Shown here one piece after another: positions 10,354 to 18,076 of a stretch of 64,000 nucleotides of DNA. The notes under the pieces were generated by a model. That model worked only from the letters and a program-made list of their open reading frames with translations. It searched no databases and had not been told where the DNA came from. The position numbers and the translations under genes were made by a program. The stretch comes from an uncultured Actinomycetota bacterium (GTDB taxonomy: Bacteria > Actinomycetota > Actinomycetes > Propionibacteriales > DAIQRJ01), in the NCBI GenBank assembly GCA_963724495.1, contig CAVRUZ010000005.1, positions 94,193 to 158,192 on the forward strand. Direction: 5' to 3'. Numbering within the stretch: position 1 is the stretch's first letter; every line of letters begins with the position of its first letter.

Positions 10354-10899
10354 ATGGATCGGCACGAGGAGTTCGAGGGCAGCGTCGACAAGATCGTCGA
10401 CGTGCCCGCGAGCCGACCGTTCCCGTCCGCGCGCCGGGCCGCAGTGAAGACGATGCTGATGGACGAGGTCCGCGCCAGCCGTCGGCCGTGGTGGCAGGCC
10501 CCGGCCGCCGTTGCCGTCGGAACCGCCGTCGGAGTGTCGGTCCTGGCCGGCGCAGCGCAGCAGATCGTGGCGCCCACACGCACCCATTCAGCCCACTGCT
10601 TCACGAAGGTCACGACCGACACCACGTACGCGGCCGACGTGTCCTATGCGGGCGATGTCATCGGACCCAACCTGTTGCGTGAAAGCAAGATCGAAGACCC
10701 GGTGAAGGTGTGCGGCGACATCTGGGAGCAGGGAGTCCTCATCCCTGACCGCCAGATGCTCGGGCAGGCCCCCCGGCCAGAGCACGGTCACGCGGTTCCG
10801 GATCTGGTCGCGTGCACGCTTGCCGGTCGGGCCGCTGTCTATCCCGGCGACTCGACCACCTGTGCGCGGCTCGGCCTGCCCCGGGCAGAGGCGGGCTAG
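10354..10899 (+). CDS. Putative anti-sigma factor / single-pass membrane protein
   Basis: Lies 31 nt downstream of the ECF sigma gene on the same strand. It has one TM segment ('WWQAPAAVAVGTAVGVSVLAGAAQ') between a short cytoplasmic N-terminus and an extracytoplasmic C-domain. The call rests on position only. Confidence 0.55.
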   Translation: MDRHEEFEGSVDKIVDVPASRPFPSARRAAVKTMLMDEVRASRRPWWQAPAAVAVGTAVGVSVLAGAAQQIVAPTRTHSAHCFTKVTTDTTYAADVSYAGDVIGPNLLRESKIEDPVKVCGDIWEQGVLIPDRQMLGQAPRPEHGHAVPDLVACTLAGRAAVYPGDSTTCARLGLPRAEAG

Positions 10900-10932
10900 C
10901 TGTTCGGAGCGATCGGGCGCTGCCCGCCCTGC

Positions 10933-11574
10933 CTAGATGAACTTGATCGAGCTGGTCTTGTTGTTCTGGCCGCCGAAGTCGTCCCTGGTACCGAACACCG
11001 AGACCACCGTGTCGGAGTAGTACGTGTCGTCGTAGTGCTGGCCCACGCAACCGACGAACGTCTGCGCCGAGTTGATCCGGTCGTTCCAGCCGTAGTTGCT
11101 CAGCTTCGGGAAGCCGTACGTCGCGCCGGAGTAGCAGTCACCACTCACCGAGAAGTACTTGGCCGCCCCGGATCGGTACGACCCGTCGTACTCGATCCCG
11201 ATGATGTTGCTCGCCAGGGCCGCCTTCCGGTTGGGAGCCAGACCGCGCGCGGCGGCGACGTCATGGGCCCGCAGCGCGACCACCGCGTCGTGTGTCGTGG
11301 CATCCGCAGCCACTCGGATCTGGCCGCCCGATCCGTATGCGATCGCTTCCGCGGACGTGGCGAAGCAACGCTGGGCAGCCCCGCCGTCCTTCACGGAGAT
11401 CACGCACTGCTGCTTCGTCTCGGTTGGTCTGGACGCTCCGGCTGAGCTCCCCGAAGGCGAGGAGTGACCCGTCGCCGGGGCCGTCATCGCACCCACCATC
11501 GCGGCGGTCAACACGGCGGCTGCGATGGCACCGTTTCGCCTGCGGCGGCGCGTTCCGATCCGATTCGAATGCAT
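10933..11574 (-). CDS. Secreted hypothetical protein, C-terminal beta/gamma-crystallin- or I36-inhibitor-like region (tentative)
   Basis: Signal peptide 'RRRRRNGAIAAAVLTAAMVGAMTAPATG'. The C-terminal 'YGFPKLSNYGWNDRINSAQTF...NNKTSSIKFI' resembles crystallin-type Greek-key motifs. Good GC3 bias. Confidence 0.6.
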   Translation of the reverse strand: MHSNRIGTRRRRRNGAIAAAVLTAAMVGAMTAPATGHSSPSGSSAGASRPTETKQQCVISVKDGGAAQRCFATSAEAIAYGSGGQIRVAADATTHDAVVALRAHDVAAARGLAPNRKAALASNIIGIEYDGSYRSGAAKYFSVSGDCYSGATYGFPKLSNYGWNDRINSAQTFVGCVGQHYDDTYYSDTVVSVFGTRDDFGGQNNKTSSIKFI

Positions 11575-11796
11575 GGATTTGACTCCTATTCACGACCTGG
11601 CCTCCCAGCGGCAGGGCGCGGGATCCAGCGAAGGGTTCTTGGAAACGGCCGCCCTGCCGGGGTGCAGGGCGTTCAAACATCCTGGCCGGTCGCTGCGAAC
11701 AGATTGTCCGACTTCGGCCGATCCGATGCGCAGCCTAGCGGCGCAGCAGCAGATAACGCCCGTTCTGCCGGGATTGTGCCCCGAGTCACGCTAGGA

Positions 11797-12083
11797 GCCA
11801 TACATGCAGGCCGACCGGGCAAACCGGACGCTGCCGAACAAACCGGCCGCCGAACCACGCCGCTGCATGCCTCGCGCGAGGCGCCGCGCCGCGGACCATC
11901 CGGCCGCCGAACCGCCGGCTGCATGCGCGAGGGCCGCCGCGCCGCCGCGCGCCGACCAGCCTGGCCGCCATACATGCAGTCCGACCGGGCAAACCGGACG
12001 TTGCAGAACAAACCGGCCGCCGAACCACGCCGGCTGCATGCCTCGCGCGAGAGCCGCCGCGCCGCCGCGCGCCGGCCAGCCTG
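11797..12083. repeat. ~170-bp direct repeat (1.7 copies) with a nested ~55-bp GC-rich sub-repeat
   Basis: 'GCCATACATGCAG[G/T]CCGACCGGGCAAACCGGACG...AAACCGGCCGCCGAACCACGCC(G)GCTGCATGCCTCGCGCGAG' starts at 11797 and again at 11967. The core 'CCGGCCGCCGAACC..GCTGCATGC..GCGCGAG.GCCGCCGCGCC' occurs three times. Contains the 14-bp palindrome GCCTCGCGCGAGGC. Confidence 0.8.
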
Positions 12084-12093
12084 AACCCCTGCG

Positions 12094-13530
12094 TCAGGCC
12101 AGGATCAGCGTCGCCCCGGGGTCGTTCAGGATGGCGGCCATGTCAGCAAGGAAGGCGGATCCCTCGGCACCGTCGACCATCCGATGATCGAACGAGAGGG
12201 CCAGCGTGGTCACCCAGCGTGGCTCGATCCTGTCGTCGACCACCCACGGCTTCTTCGCGATGTTGCCGAGCGCGAGGATGCCGGCCTCCCCTGGGTTGAG
12301 GATCGGGGTACCGCCGTCGATCCCGAACACCCCGATGTTGGTGATCGTGAAGGTGCCGCCGGTCTGCTGGTTCGGCTGGGTCTTTCCCGCCCGTGCTGTC
12401 GCGGTGAGCTCGCTGAGTGCCTTGGCCAGGTCGTAGGTGGACAACGCGTCCGCATCGGTGATCACCGGCACCAACAGGCCGCGCGGAGTGTCGGCCGCGA
12501 TCCCGAGGTTCACGTAGCCCTTGCGGACGATCTGGCCGGCCCCCTCGTCCCAGGTGGAGTTCAGCTCGGGGTTGCGCCGAAGGGCTAGGCACACCGCCCT
12601 GGCGACGAGCACGGTCGGCGTGATGCGGACGTCGCGGAACATCCGCATGCCCTTCATCTTGTCGACGAGTTCGACCAGGCGGGTGACGTCGACCTCGGTC
12701 CACTCGGTGACGTGCGGCGCGGTGAAGGCGCTGCGCACCATCGCCTGCGCGGTGGCGCGGCGGATGCCCTTCACGTCGATGCGGGTCTCCCCGCGTTCGG
12801 CCAGGAAGCCCGACCAGCCTCGCGCAGTGCCGCCGGACCCGTCGCCGTTCCCGCTGCCCGCAGCGGCCGTAGCGGCGGCCGTGACGTCGTCCTGACTGAC
12901 CGTGCCGTCCGGGCCGGTAGGGGTGATCTCGGCAAGGTTCACGCCGAGGTCCTTGGCGAGCTTGCGGACCGAGGGCTTGGCCAGGGCCCGCGCGTTGGTC
13001 GACTCCCCGCCGGGCTGACCGGTCGGCTCAGCGGCGGTCACGGCCGGTGCGCCGCCCGCAGTGTCCACCGATGCCGGATGCGGTGGAGCGACCGCGAGGG
13101 TCGCGGCCGCCGTCTTTCGCGGGCGCCTGGTGGCGCGGCTCCCTCTTGGGCCACTGCCGACCAACGTCTGCTGATGTTCCTGGGCGTCGGCTGCCGCGCC
13201 CTCGCTCTCGGTGGGAGCCTCGACGGCACTCACGCTCGCAGCCTGCTTCTCTCCCGCGGTCTGGGTCCCGCTCGAGGAAGGCTCGTCGCTCGCGTCGCCG
13301 ATGGCGATCAGGTCGGTCCCGACCTCGATCATCTGGCCTTCGTCCACGAGCAGCGCCTGCACGACTCCGGCGTACGGGCTCGGCAACTCGACGACCGACT
13401 TGGCGGTCTCGACCTCGATGAGCACGTCGTTGACCGCGACCGTGTCGCCCACCTGCACGCGCCAGGCCACGACCTCGGCCTCGGTGAGGCCCTCGCCCAC
13501 GTCGGGGAGTGCGAAGCGTTCGCTCGCCAC
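12094..13530 (-). CDS. 2-oxoacid (branched-chain type) dehydrogenase E2, dihydrolipoamide acyltransferase
   Basis: Lipoyl domain 'IEVETAKSVVELPSPYAG', subunit-binding domain 'KPSVRKLAKDLGVNL', and catalytic 'LSFDHRMVDGAEG'. The GTG at 13530 has an AGGAG RBS 6 nt upstream; the track start at 13563 is also possible. Confidence 0.9.
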   Translation of the reverse strand: MASERFALPDVGEGLTEAEVVAWRVQVGDTVAVNDVLIEVETAKSVVELPSPYAGVVQALLVDEGQMIEVGTDLIAIGDASDEPSSSGTQTAGEKQAASVSAVEAPTESEGAAADAQEHQQTLVGSGPRGSRATRRPRKTAAATLAVAPPHPASVDTAGGAPAVTAAEPTGQPGGESTNARALAKPSVRKLAKDLGVNLAEITPTGPDGTVSQDDVTAAATAAAGSGNGDGSGGTARGWSGFLAERGETRIDVKGIRRATAQAMVRSAFTAPHVTEWTEVDVTRLVELVDKMKGMRMFRDVRITPTVLVARAVCLALRRNPELNSTWDEGAGQIVRKGYVNLGIAADTPRGLLVPVITDADALSTYDLAKALSELTATARAGKTQPNQQTGGTFTITNIGVFGIDGGTPILNPGEAGILALGNIAKKPWVVDDRIEPRWVTTLALSFDHRMVDGAEGSAFLADMAAILNDPGATLILA

Positions 13531-13607
13531 CAGTTGCTCCTGTCTGTGCAGTGGATCCGTCAACGGCTGCCGGCTACGTAGCCGGGACCCTCGTCAGCGG
13601 AAGTCCA

Positions 13608-14597
13608 TCAGTACCTGAGGATCCGGTCGACACCGTCGAGGACCCGGTCGAGGTTGGGCAGGTACTCCTCCTCGACCTTCGACGGCGGGTAGGTCATGTC
13701 GAGACCGGTGACCCGCATCACCGGAGCCTCCAGGGAGTAGAAGCAGGCCTCGCTCAGCCGTGCCGCGATCTCCGCTCCGATGCCGGCGGTGCGAGGTGCC
13801 TCGTGGACGACGATCACCCTGCCGGTCTTGCGGACAGAGGTCTCGAGCGTGGGGTAGTCGATGGGTGCCAGCGAGCGCAGATCGATCACCTCGGCCGACC
13901 TGCCCTCGTCGGACAGCACGTCCGCGGCCTTGAGCAGGGTCGAGATCGTAGGTCCGAACCCGATGAGCGTCACCAGCTGTCCTGGCCGAAGCACGGCTGC
14001 CTGATCGAGACGCGTCGGCGCGGCGTCCAGCGGGGCCTCGGGGTCGACCTCGCCGCGGCCGGAGTGGTACTGGCGCTTGGGTTCGAAGAACAGCACGGGA
14101 TCGGGTGACTCGATGGCCTGCTGGATCATCCAGTAGGCATCGGCCGGGTTCGACGGCGTCACCATGCGCAGACCCGGCACCGGCGCGAAGTGCGCCTCTG
14201 GCGACTCCGCGTGATGTTCGATGGCGCCGATGCCACCGCCGCAGGGCACCCGGATGACGATCGGTGCGGTGACACCACCGCGGCTTCGCGCCCTCAACTT
14301 CGCAGCCTGGTTGACGATCTGGTCATAGGCCGGGAAGACGAAGCCGTCGAACTGGATCTCGCAGACCGTCCGGTACCCCCGCATCGCCATCCCGATGGCT
14401 GTTCCCACGATGCCGGCCTCGGCCAGTGGGGAGTCCATGACCCGCTTGGCGCCGAAGCGCTCCTGCAGCCCGTCGGTCACGCGGAAGACGCCCCCGAGCC
14501 GGCCGATGTCCTGACCGAGCATGACGACCTTGTCGTCGCCCGCCATCGCGTTGGCGAGTCCGGCATTGAGGGCCTTGGCCATCGTCAGCTGAGCCAT
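13608..14597 (-). CDS. 2-oxoacid dehydrogenase E1 component, beta subunit
   Basis: 329 aa with typical transketolase-like Pyr and C-terminal domains ('VMLGQDIGRLGGVFRVT', 'DSPLAEAGIVGTAIGMA'). The ATG overlaps the E1alpha stop (TGATG). Confidence 0.93.
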   Translation of the reverse strand: MAQLTMAKALNAGLANAMAGDDKVVMLGQDIGRLGGVFRVTDGLQERFGAKRVMDSPLAEAGIVGTAIGMAMRGYRTVCEIQFDGFVFPAYDQIVNQAAKLRARSRGGVTAPIVIRVPCGGGIGAIEHHAESPEAHFAPVPGLRMVTPSNPADAYWMIQQAIESPDPVLFFEPKRQYHSGRGEVDPEAPLDAAPTRLDQAAVLRPGQLVTLIGFGPTISTLLKAADVLSDEGRSAEVIDLRSLAPIDYPTLETSVRKTGRVIVVHEAPRTAGIGAEIAARLSEACFYSLEAPVMRVTGLDMTYPPSKVEEEYLPNLDRVLDGVDRILRY

Positions 14598-15931
14598 CAG
14601 GCGTCCGATCCGAACGAGGAGAGGTAGGACTCCATCGCGCTCTTCTCCGCGGCCAGCCCGGGCGGCAGTTCGGCGAAGACATCCGCGTACAGATCGGTGA
14701 GGACGGGCTCCGGCAGCGCGAGGACGCGAGCCCGCACATCAGCAGCCATGGCGTCGCCTTCTGCCTTCACCTGATCGAAGAAGTCGTCGCCGGTGTCAGC
14801 ATGCTTACGCAGGTGCGCCTCGAGCCGGGCAAGCGGGTCGCGCGCGAGCCAGTACTCCTCCTCGACCTTCTCCCGGTACCTGGACGGGTCGTCGGCCGTC
14901 GTGTGGGCCCCGACCCGGAACGTGAACGCCTCGATCAACGTGGGCCCGCCGCCGGAGCGCGCCCGTTCGACGGCCTCTTCGGTCACGGCCCGGACCGCCA
15001 GTACGTCGTTGCCGTCGACGCGGACGCCGGGGAAGCCGAATCCCTCCGCCCGGCGGTACAGCGGACCCTTGTACTGGTTGGACGTCGGAACCGAGATCGC
15101 CCATTGGTTGTTCTGGATCAGGAACACCACCGGCGCGTTGAACACCGCGGCGTAGTTCATCGCTTCGCTGACGTGACCTTCGCTGGAGCCGCCGTCGCCG
15201 AGGCAGCACAGCACCACTTCGTCCGAGCCGTCGAGGTTGACCGCCATGCCGTAGCCGACGGCCTGCAACGTCTGCGCACCGACGACGATCGAGTAGAGGC
15301 CGAAGCGGTGCTTGTGGACGTCCCAGGAGGTGTGCTCGACCCCGCGGAACATCCGGAAGACGTCCATCGGGTCCATCCCCTTGGCCATCGCCATCGCGAG
15401 CTCGCGATAGGACGGGTAGACGAAGTCGGTGTCGCGAAGGGCGTGGACGGCACCGATCTGGGCGGCCTCCTGACCGTGCAGCGGCGCCCAGAGACACAGC
15501 TGGCCCTGGCGCTGCAGGTTTGTGCCCTCGAGGTCGATCCTGCGACCGAGTGCCATGTCGCGGTACATCGCGCGCAGTGCGCCGGCGTCGAGGTCGCTGT
15601 CGTAGTCCGCGTGCTCGACGCGCTCGCCGTCGGGAGAAAGGAGCCGGACCATCGGCTCGTCGCGGCCGGGATCCGGGAACACTGCTTCTGAGGGCGGCAC
15701 TGCTTCTGCGGGCGGCACTGCTTCTGAGGGCGGCACTGCCGGTGCCGATGCTGCGGTTGGCGCTCCCTCGTCCGCGGCTGCGGAAGTCGGGTCCGTGACT
15801 GCGGTCGTCGGGTCCGCCGATGCGTCGGAACCAGCGGGCCCGGTCGGCTGCACGTCCGCGGTTGCCCTGGTCAGGTCCGCAGCCCGGTCGTCACCTGGTG
15901 TGGTGTCCGGGTCGGCTGCCGTCCGGGTCAC
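14597..15931 (-). CDS. 2-oxoacid dehydrogenase E1 component, alpha subunit (TPP-dependent) with ~93-aa low-complexity N-terminal extension
   Basis: TPP motif 'CLGDGGSSEGHVSEAMNYAAVFNAPVVFLIQNNQWAIS'. The GTG at 15931 is preceded by a GGAGGGAG RBS. An alternative internal start is ATG 15652 ('MVRLLSPDG'). Confidence 0.9.
   Translation of the reverse strand: MTRTAADPDTTPGDDRAADLTRATADVQPTGPAGSDASADPTTAVTDPTSAAADEGAPTAASAPAVPPSEAVPPAEAVPPSEAVFPDPGRDEPMVRLLSPDGERVEHADYDSDLDAGALRAMYRDMALGRRIDLEGTNLQRQGQLCLWAPLHGQEAAQIGAVHALRDTDFVYPSYRELAMAMAKGMDPMDVFRMFRGVEHTSWDVHKHRFGLYSIVVGAQTLQAVGYGMAVNLDGSDEVVLCCLGDGGSSEGHVSEAMNYAAVFNAPVVFLIQNNQWAISVPTSNQYKGPLYRRAEGFGFPGVRVDGNDVLAVRAVTEEAVERARSGGGPTLIEAFTFRVGAHTTADDPSRYREKVEEEYWLARDPLARLEAHLRKHADTGDDFFDQVKAEGDAMAADVRARVLALPEPVLTDLYADVFAELPPGLAAEKSAMESYLSSFGSDA
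15680..15739 (-). repeat. In-frame 18-bp tandem repeat (3.3 copies) inside the E1alpha N-terminal extension
   Basis: CACTGCTTCTG[A/C]GGGCGG repeats at 15680, 15698 and 15716, with a partial fourth copy. It encodes 'AVPPSEAVPPAEAVPPSEAV'. Confidence 0.85.
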
Positions 15932-16121
15932 GCTGGCTCCCTCCGCCGCAACGCGTCGAAGGGCGGAGCGGCTTCGCCACAGTACGCGCCGGCCCCGGGT
16001 CGGCCGCCCGATCCAGCCGACAGCCGCCGATGTCCGCGCTCAGCACCGGAAAAAGTGATACTGCGCAGTGTACGAGCGTACGGACGGCGGCGTGCGGCCA
16101 CGCACGCTCGATGTCGCGAGC

Positions 16122-16149
16122 GGCCTCCCAGGGGCCACCCCGGGAGGCC
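16122..16149 (-). terminator. GC-rich hairpin downstream of the ABC exporter operon
   Basis: GGCCTCCC...GGGAGGCC (8-bp stem) lies 8 nt beyond the stop at 16157 on the minus strand. No U-tract. Confidence 0.5.
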
Positions 16150-16156
16150 TCCAGGC

Positions 16157-18076
16157 TCAGGCCAGGGAGTCTTCCCAGGCCTGGTGCAGGTGGGCGTACT
16201 GCCCACCGCCCTGGATCAGTTCCTCGGGAGAGCCGTCCTCGACGAGCCGCCCATCCATCATCACCAGCACCCGGTCGGCGATCTCCACGGTCGTCAATCG
16301 GTGGGCGATGATCAGGGCGGTGCGCTTGGACAGGATCGTGCGGAGGGCCTGCTGCACGAGCCGCTCGCTGGGCACGTCGAGCGACGAGGTCGCCTCGTCC
16401 AGGATCAGCACGTCGGGATCGGCGAGGAAGGCTCTCGCGAAGGCCACCAGCTGCCGCTGGCCCGCGCTCAGCCGGCCGCCGCGCTTGGCCACATCGGTGT
16501 CGTAGCCGTGCGGCAGCGCCTCGATGAACGTGTGCGCACCGATCGCATGCGCCGCCGCGTGCACTTCCTCGTCGGTTGCGTCGGGCTTGCCGATGCGGAT
16601 GTTCTCGGCCACCGTGCCGGTGAAGAGGAAGTTCTCCTGCGTCACCATCACGATGTGCTGGCGCAGCTCCTCCTCGGTCAGCTCGCGCAGATCGACGCCG
16701 TCCAGGCGGACCGATCCCGACGTGGGGTCGTAGAACCGGGACACGAGCTTGGCCAGAGTGGTCTTGCCCGCACCGGTGGCGCCAACCAGCGCGATGGTCT
16801 GGCCTGCTGGGATGTGCAGGTCGAGTTCGTGCAGCACTGGCCGATCGGCGACATAGGAGAACTCGACCGAGTCGAAGTCCACCCGCCCCTTCGCGTCGAT
16901 CTCCTTCGGCTTGTCCGGATCGGGAACGCCGAGCGGCTCCTCGAGCACGCCGGACAGCTTCTCCAGAGCCGCACTCGCCGACTGGAAGGTGTTGTAGAAC
17001 TGGCTGATGTCCTGCATGGGCTCGAAGAACTGACGCAGGTAGAGCAGGAACGCAGCCAGGACCCCGACGGTGACCTCACCCTCGATGGCCAGGAAGCCGC
17101 CATACAGCAGCACCACCGCGATGGTGGCGTTGCCGATGAACTTGATCGAGGGCATGAACACCGACACCAGCCGGAACGAGTCCAGGTTGGCCTCGCGGTA
17201 GCTGTCGTTGACGTCCTCGAAGATCTCGCCGTTGCGCTTCTCGCGCCGGAAGGCCTGTACCGCCTTGATTCCCTGCATCGACTCGACGAAGTGCACGATC
17301 ACCGCGGCGACCGTTTCACGGGTGCGCCGGTAGACCACGGTGGACCGCTTGCGGAACCACATGGTCACGATCGCGAGCAGCGGGAAGCTGATCAGGGTGA
17401 CCAGGCCCAGCTTCACGTCGAGCGTGAGCAGCAGGATCGCGGTACCGACCAACGTCAGCACGGCGCTGACCAGACCGTCGAAACCGTTGGTGAGCAGTTC
17501 CTGGATCGCGTCGACGTCGGACGTCTGGCGCGACACCACCCGGCCGGACGTGTACTTCTCGTGGAAGGACAGGTCGAGCTTCTGGAACCGGCGGAACACC
17601 CGCCGGCGCAGCGTCAGCAGGATGTTCTGGCCGATGCGTCCGGACACGTTGAGGAACAGCACCCGGGTGCTGGCCTGCAACGTGGCGGCCACGGCGAGCG
17701 CGATGACGACCTCGATCAGCCGCTGCGCACCTTCTCCGGCGATCATCGGCGGGATGCCGAAGTCGATCCCTTCCTTGACCAGGTAGGGAATCGCCAGCCG
17801 AGCTGCGTTCTCCACCACCACGATCGCGGTGAGGACGACGAGCCACTTCTTGTACGGGCGCAGCAGATCGCCCAGCAGGCGGCGGGAGCGGTCGCGGAGC
17901 TTGACCGAAGCTGTTGCCTGGATGTCCTCGCGGTTCTCCGCGTTCACCCCACGCCAGTCGCGCTCGGCGCGGTCCGCCGCCTTCTCCTCCTCCGACTTCT
18001 GCTCCTCGAGCGCCGCCTCGTCGGCCGCAACCTCCTCGGGCGTCCGGTCGGTGGTCCGATCGGTGGTGGTGGTCAT
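16157..18076 (-). CDS. ABC exporter, fused permease/ATP-binding subunit (heterodimer partner 2)
   Basis: Six-TM exporter domain followed by Walker A 'GATGAGKTTLAKL', signature 'LSAGQRQL' and Walker B 'ILILDEATS'. The true start is ATG 18076 ('MTTTTDRT'), overlapping the upstream stop (ATGA). The 1217-aa track ORF is a read-through artefact. Confidence 0.9.
   Translation of the reverse strand: MTTTTDRTTDRTPEEVAADEAALEEQKSEEEKAADRAERDWRGVNAENREDIQATASVKLRDRSRRLLGDLLRPYKKWLVVLTAIVVVENAARLAIPYLVKEGIDFGIPPMIAGEGAQRLIEVVIALAVAATLQASTRVLFLNVSGRIGQNILLTLRRRVFRRFQKLDLSFHEKYTSGRVVSRQTSDVDAIQELLTNGFDGLVSAVLTLVGTAILLLTLDVKLGLVTLISFPLLAIVTMWFRKRSTVVYRRTRETVAAVIVHFVESMQGIKAVQAFRREKRNGEIFEDVNDSYREANLDSFRLVSVFMPSIKFIGNATIAVVLLYGGFLAIEGEVTVGVLAAFLLYLRQFFEPMQDISQFYNTFQSASAALEKLSGVLEEPLGVPDPDKPKEIDAKGRVDFDSVEFSYVADRPVLHELDLHIPAGQTIALVGATGAGKTTLAKLVSRFYDPTSGSVRLDGVDLRELTEEELRQHIVMVTQENFLFTGTVAENIRIGKPDATDEEVHAAAHAIGAHTFIEALPHGYDTDVAKRGGRLSAGQRQLVAFARAFLADPDVLILDEATSSLDVPSERLVQQALRTILSKRTALIIAHRLTTVEIADRVLVMMDGRLVEDGSPEELIQGGGQYAHLHQAWEDSLA

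Noticed and set aside
11797-12083. Possible CRISPR array or coding repeat protein in the 11.8-12.1 kb repeat region
   Set aside because: The repeats are about 55 and 170 bp, contiguous or nested, without unique constant-length spacers. No cas genes are present. All frames give Arg/Ala/Pro nonsense. I report it as an intergenic repeat only.
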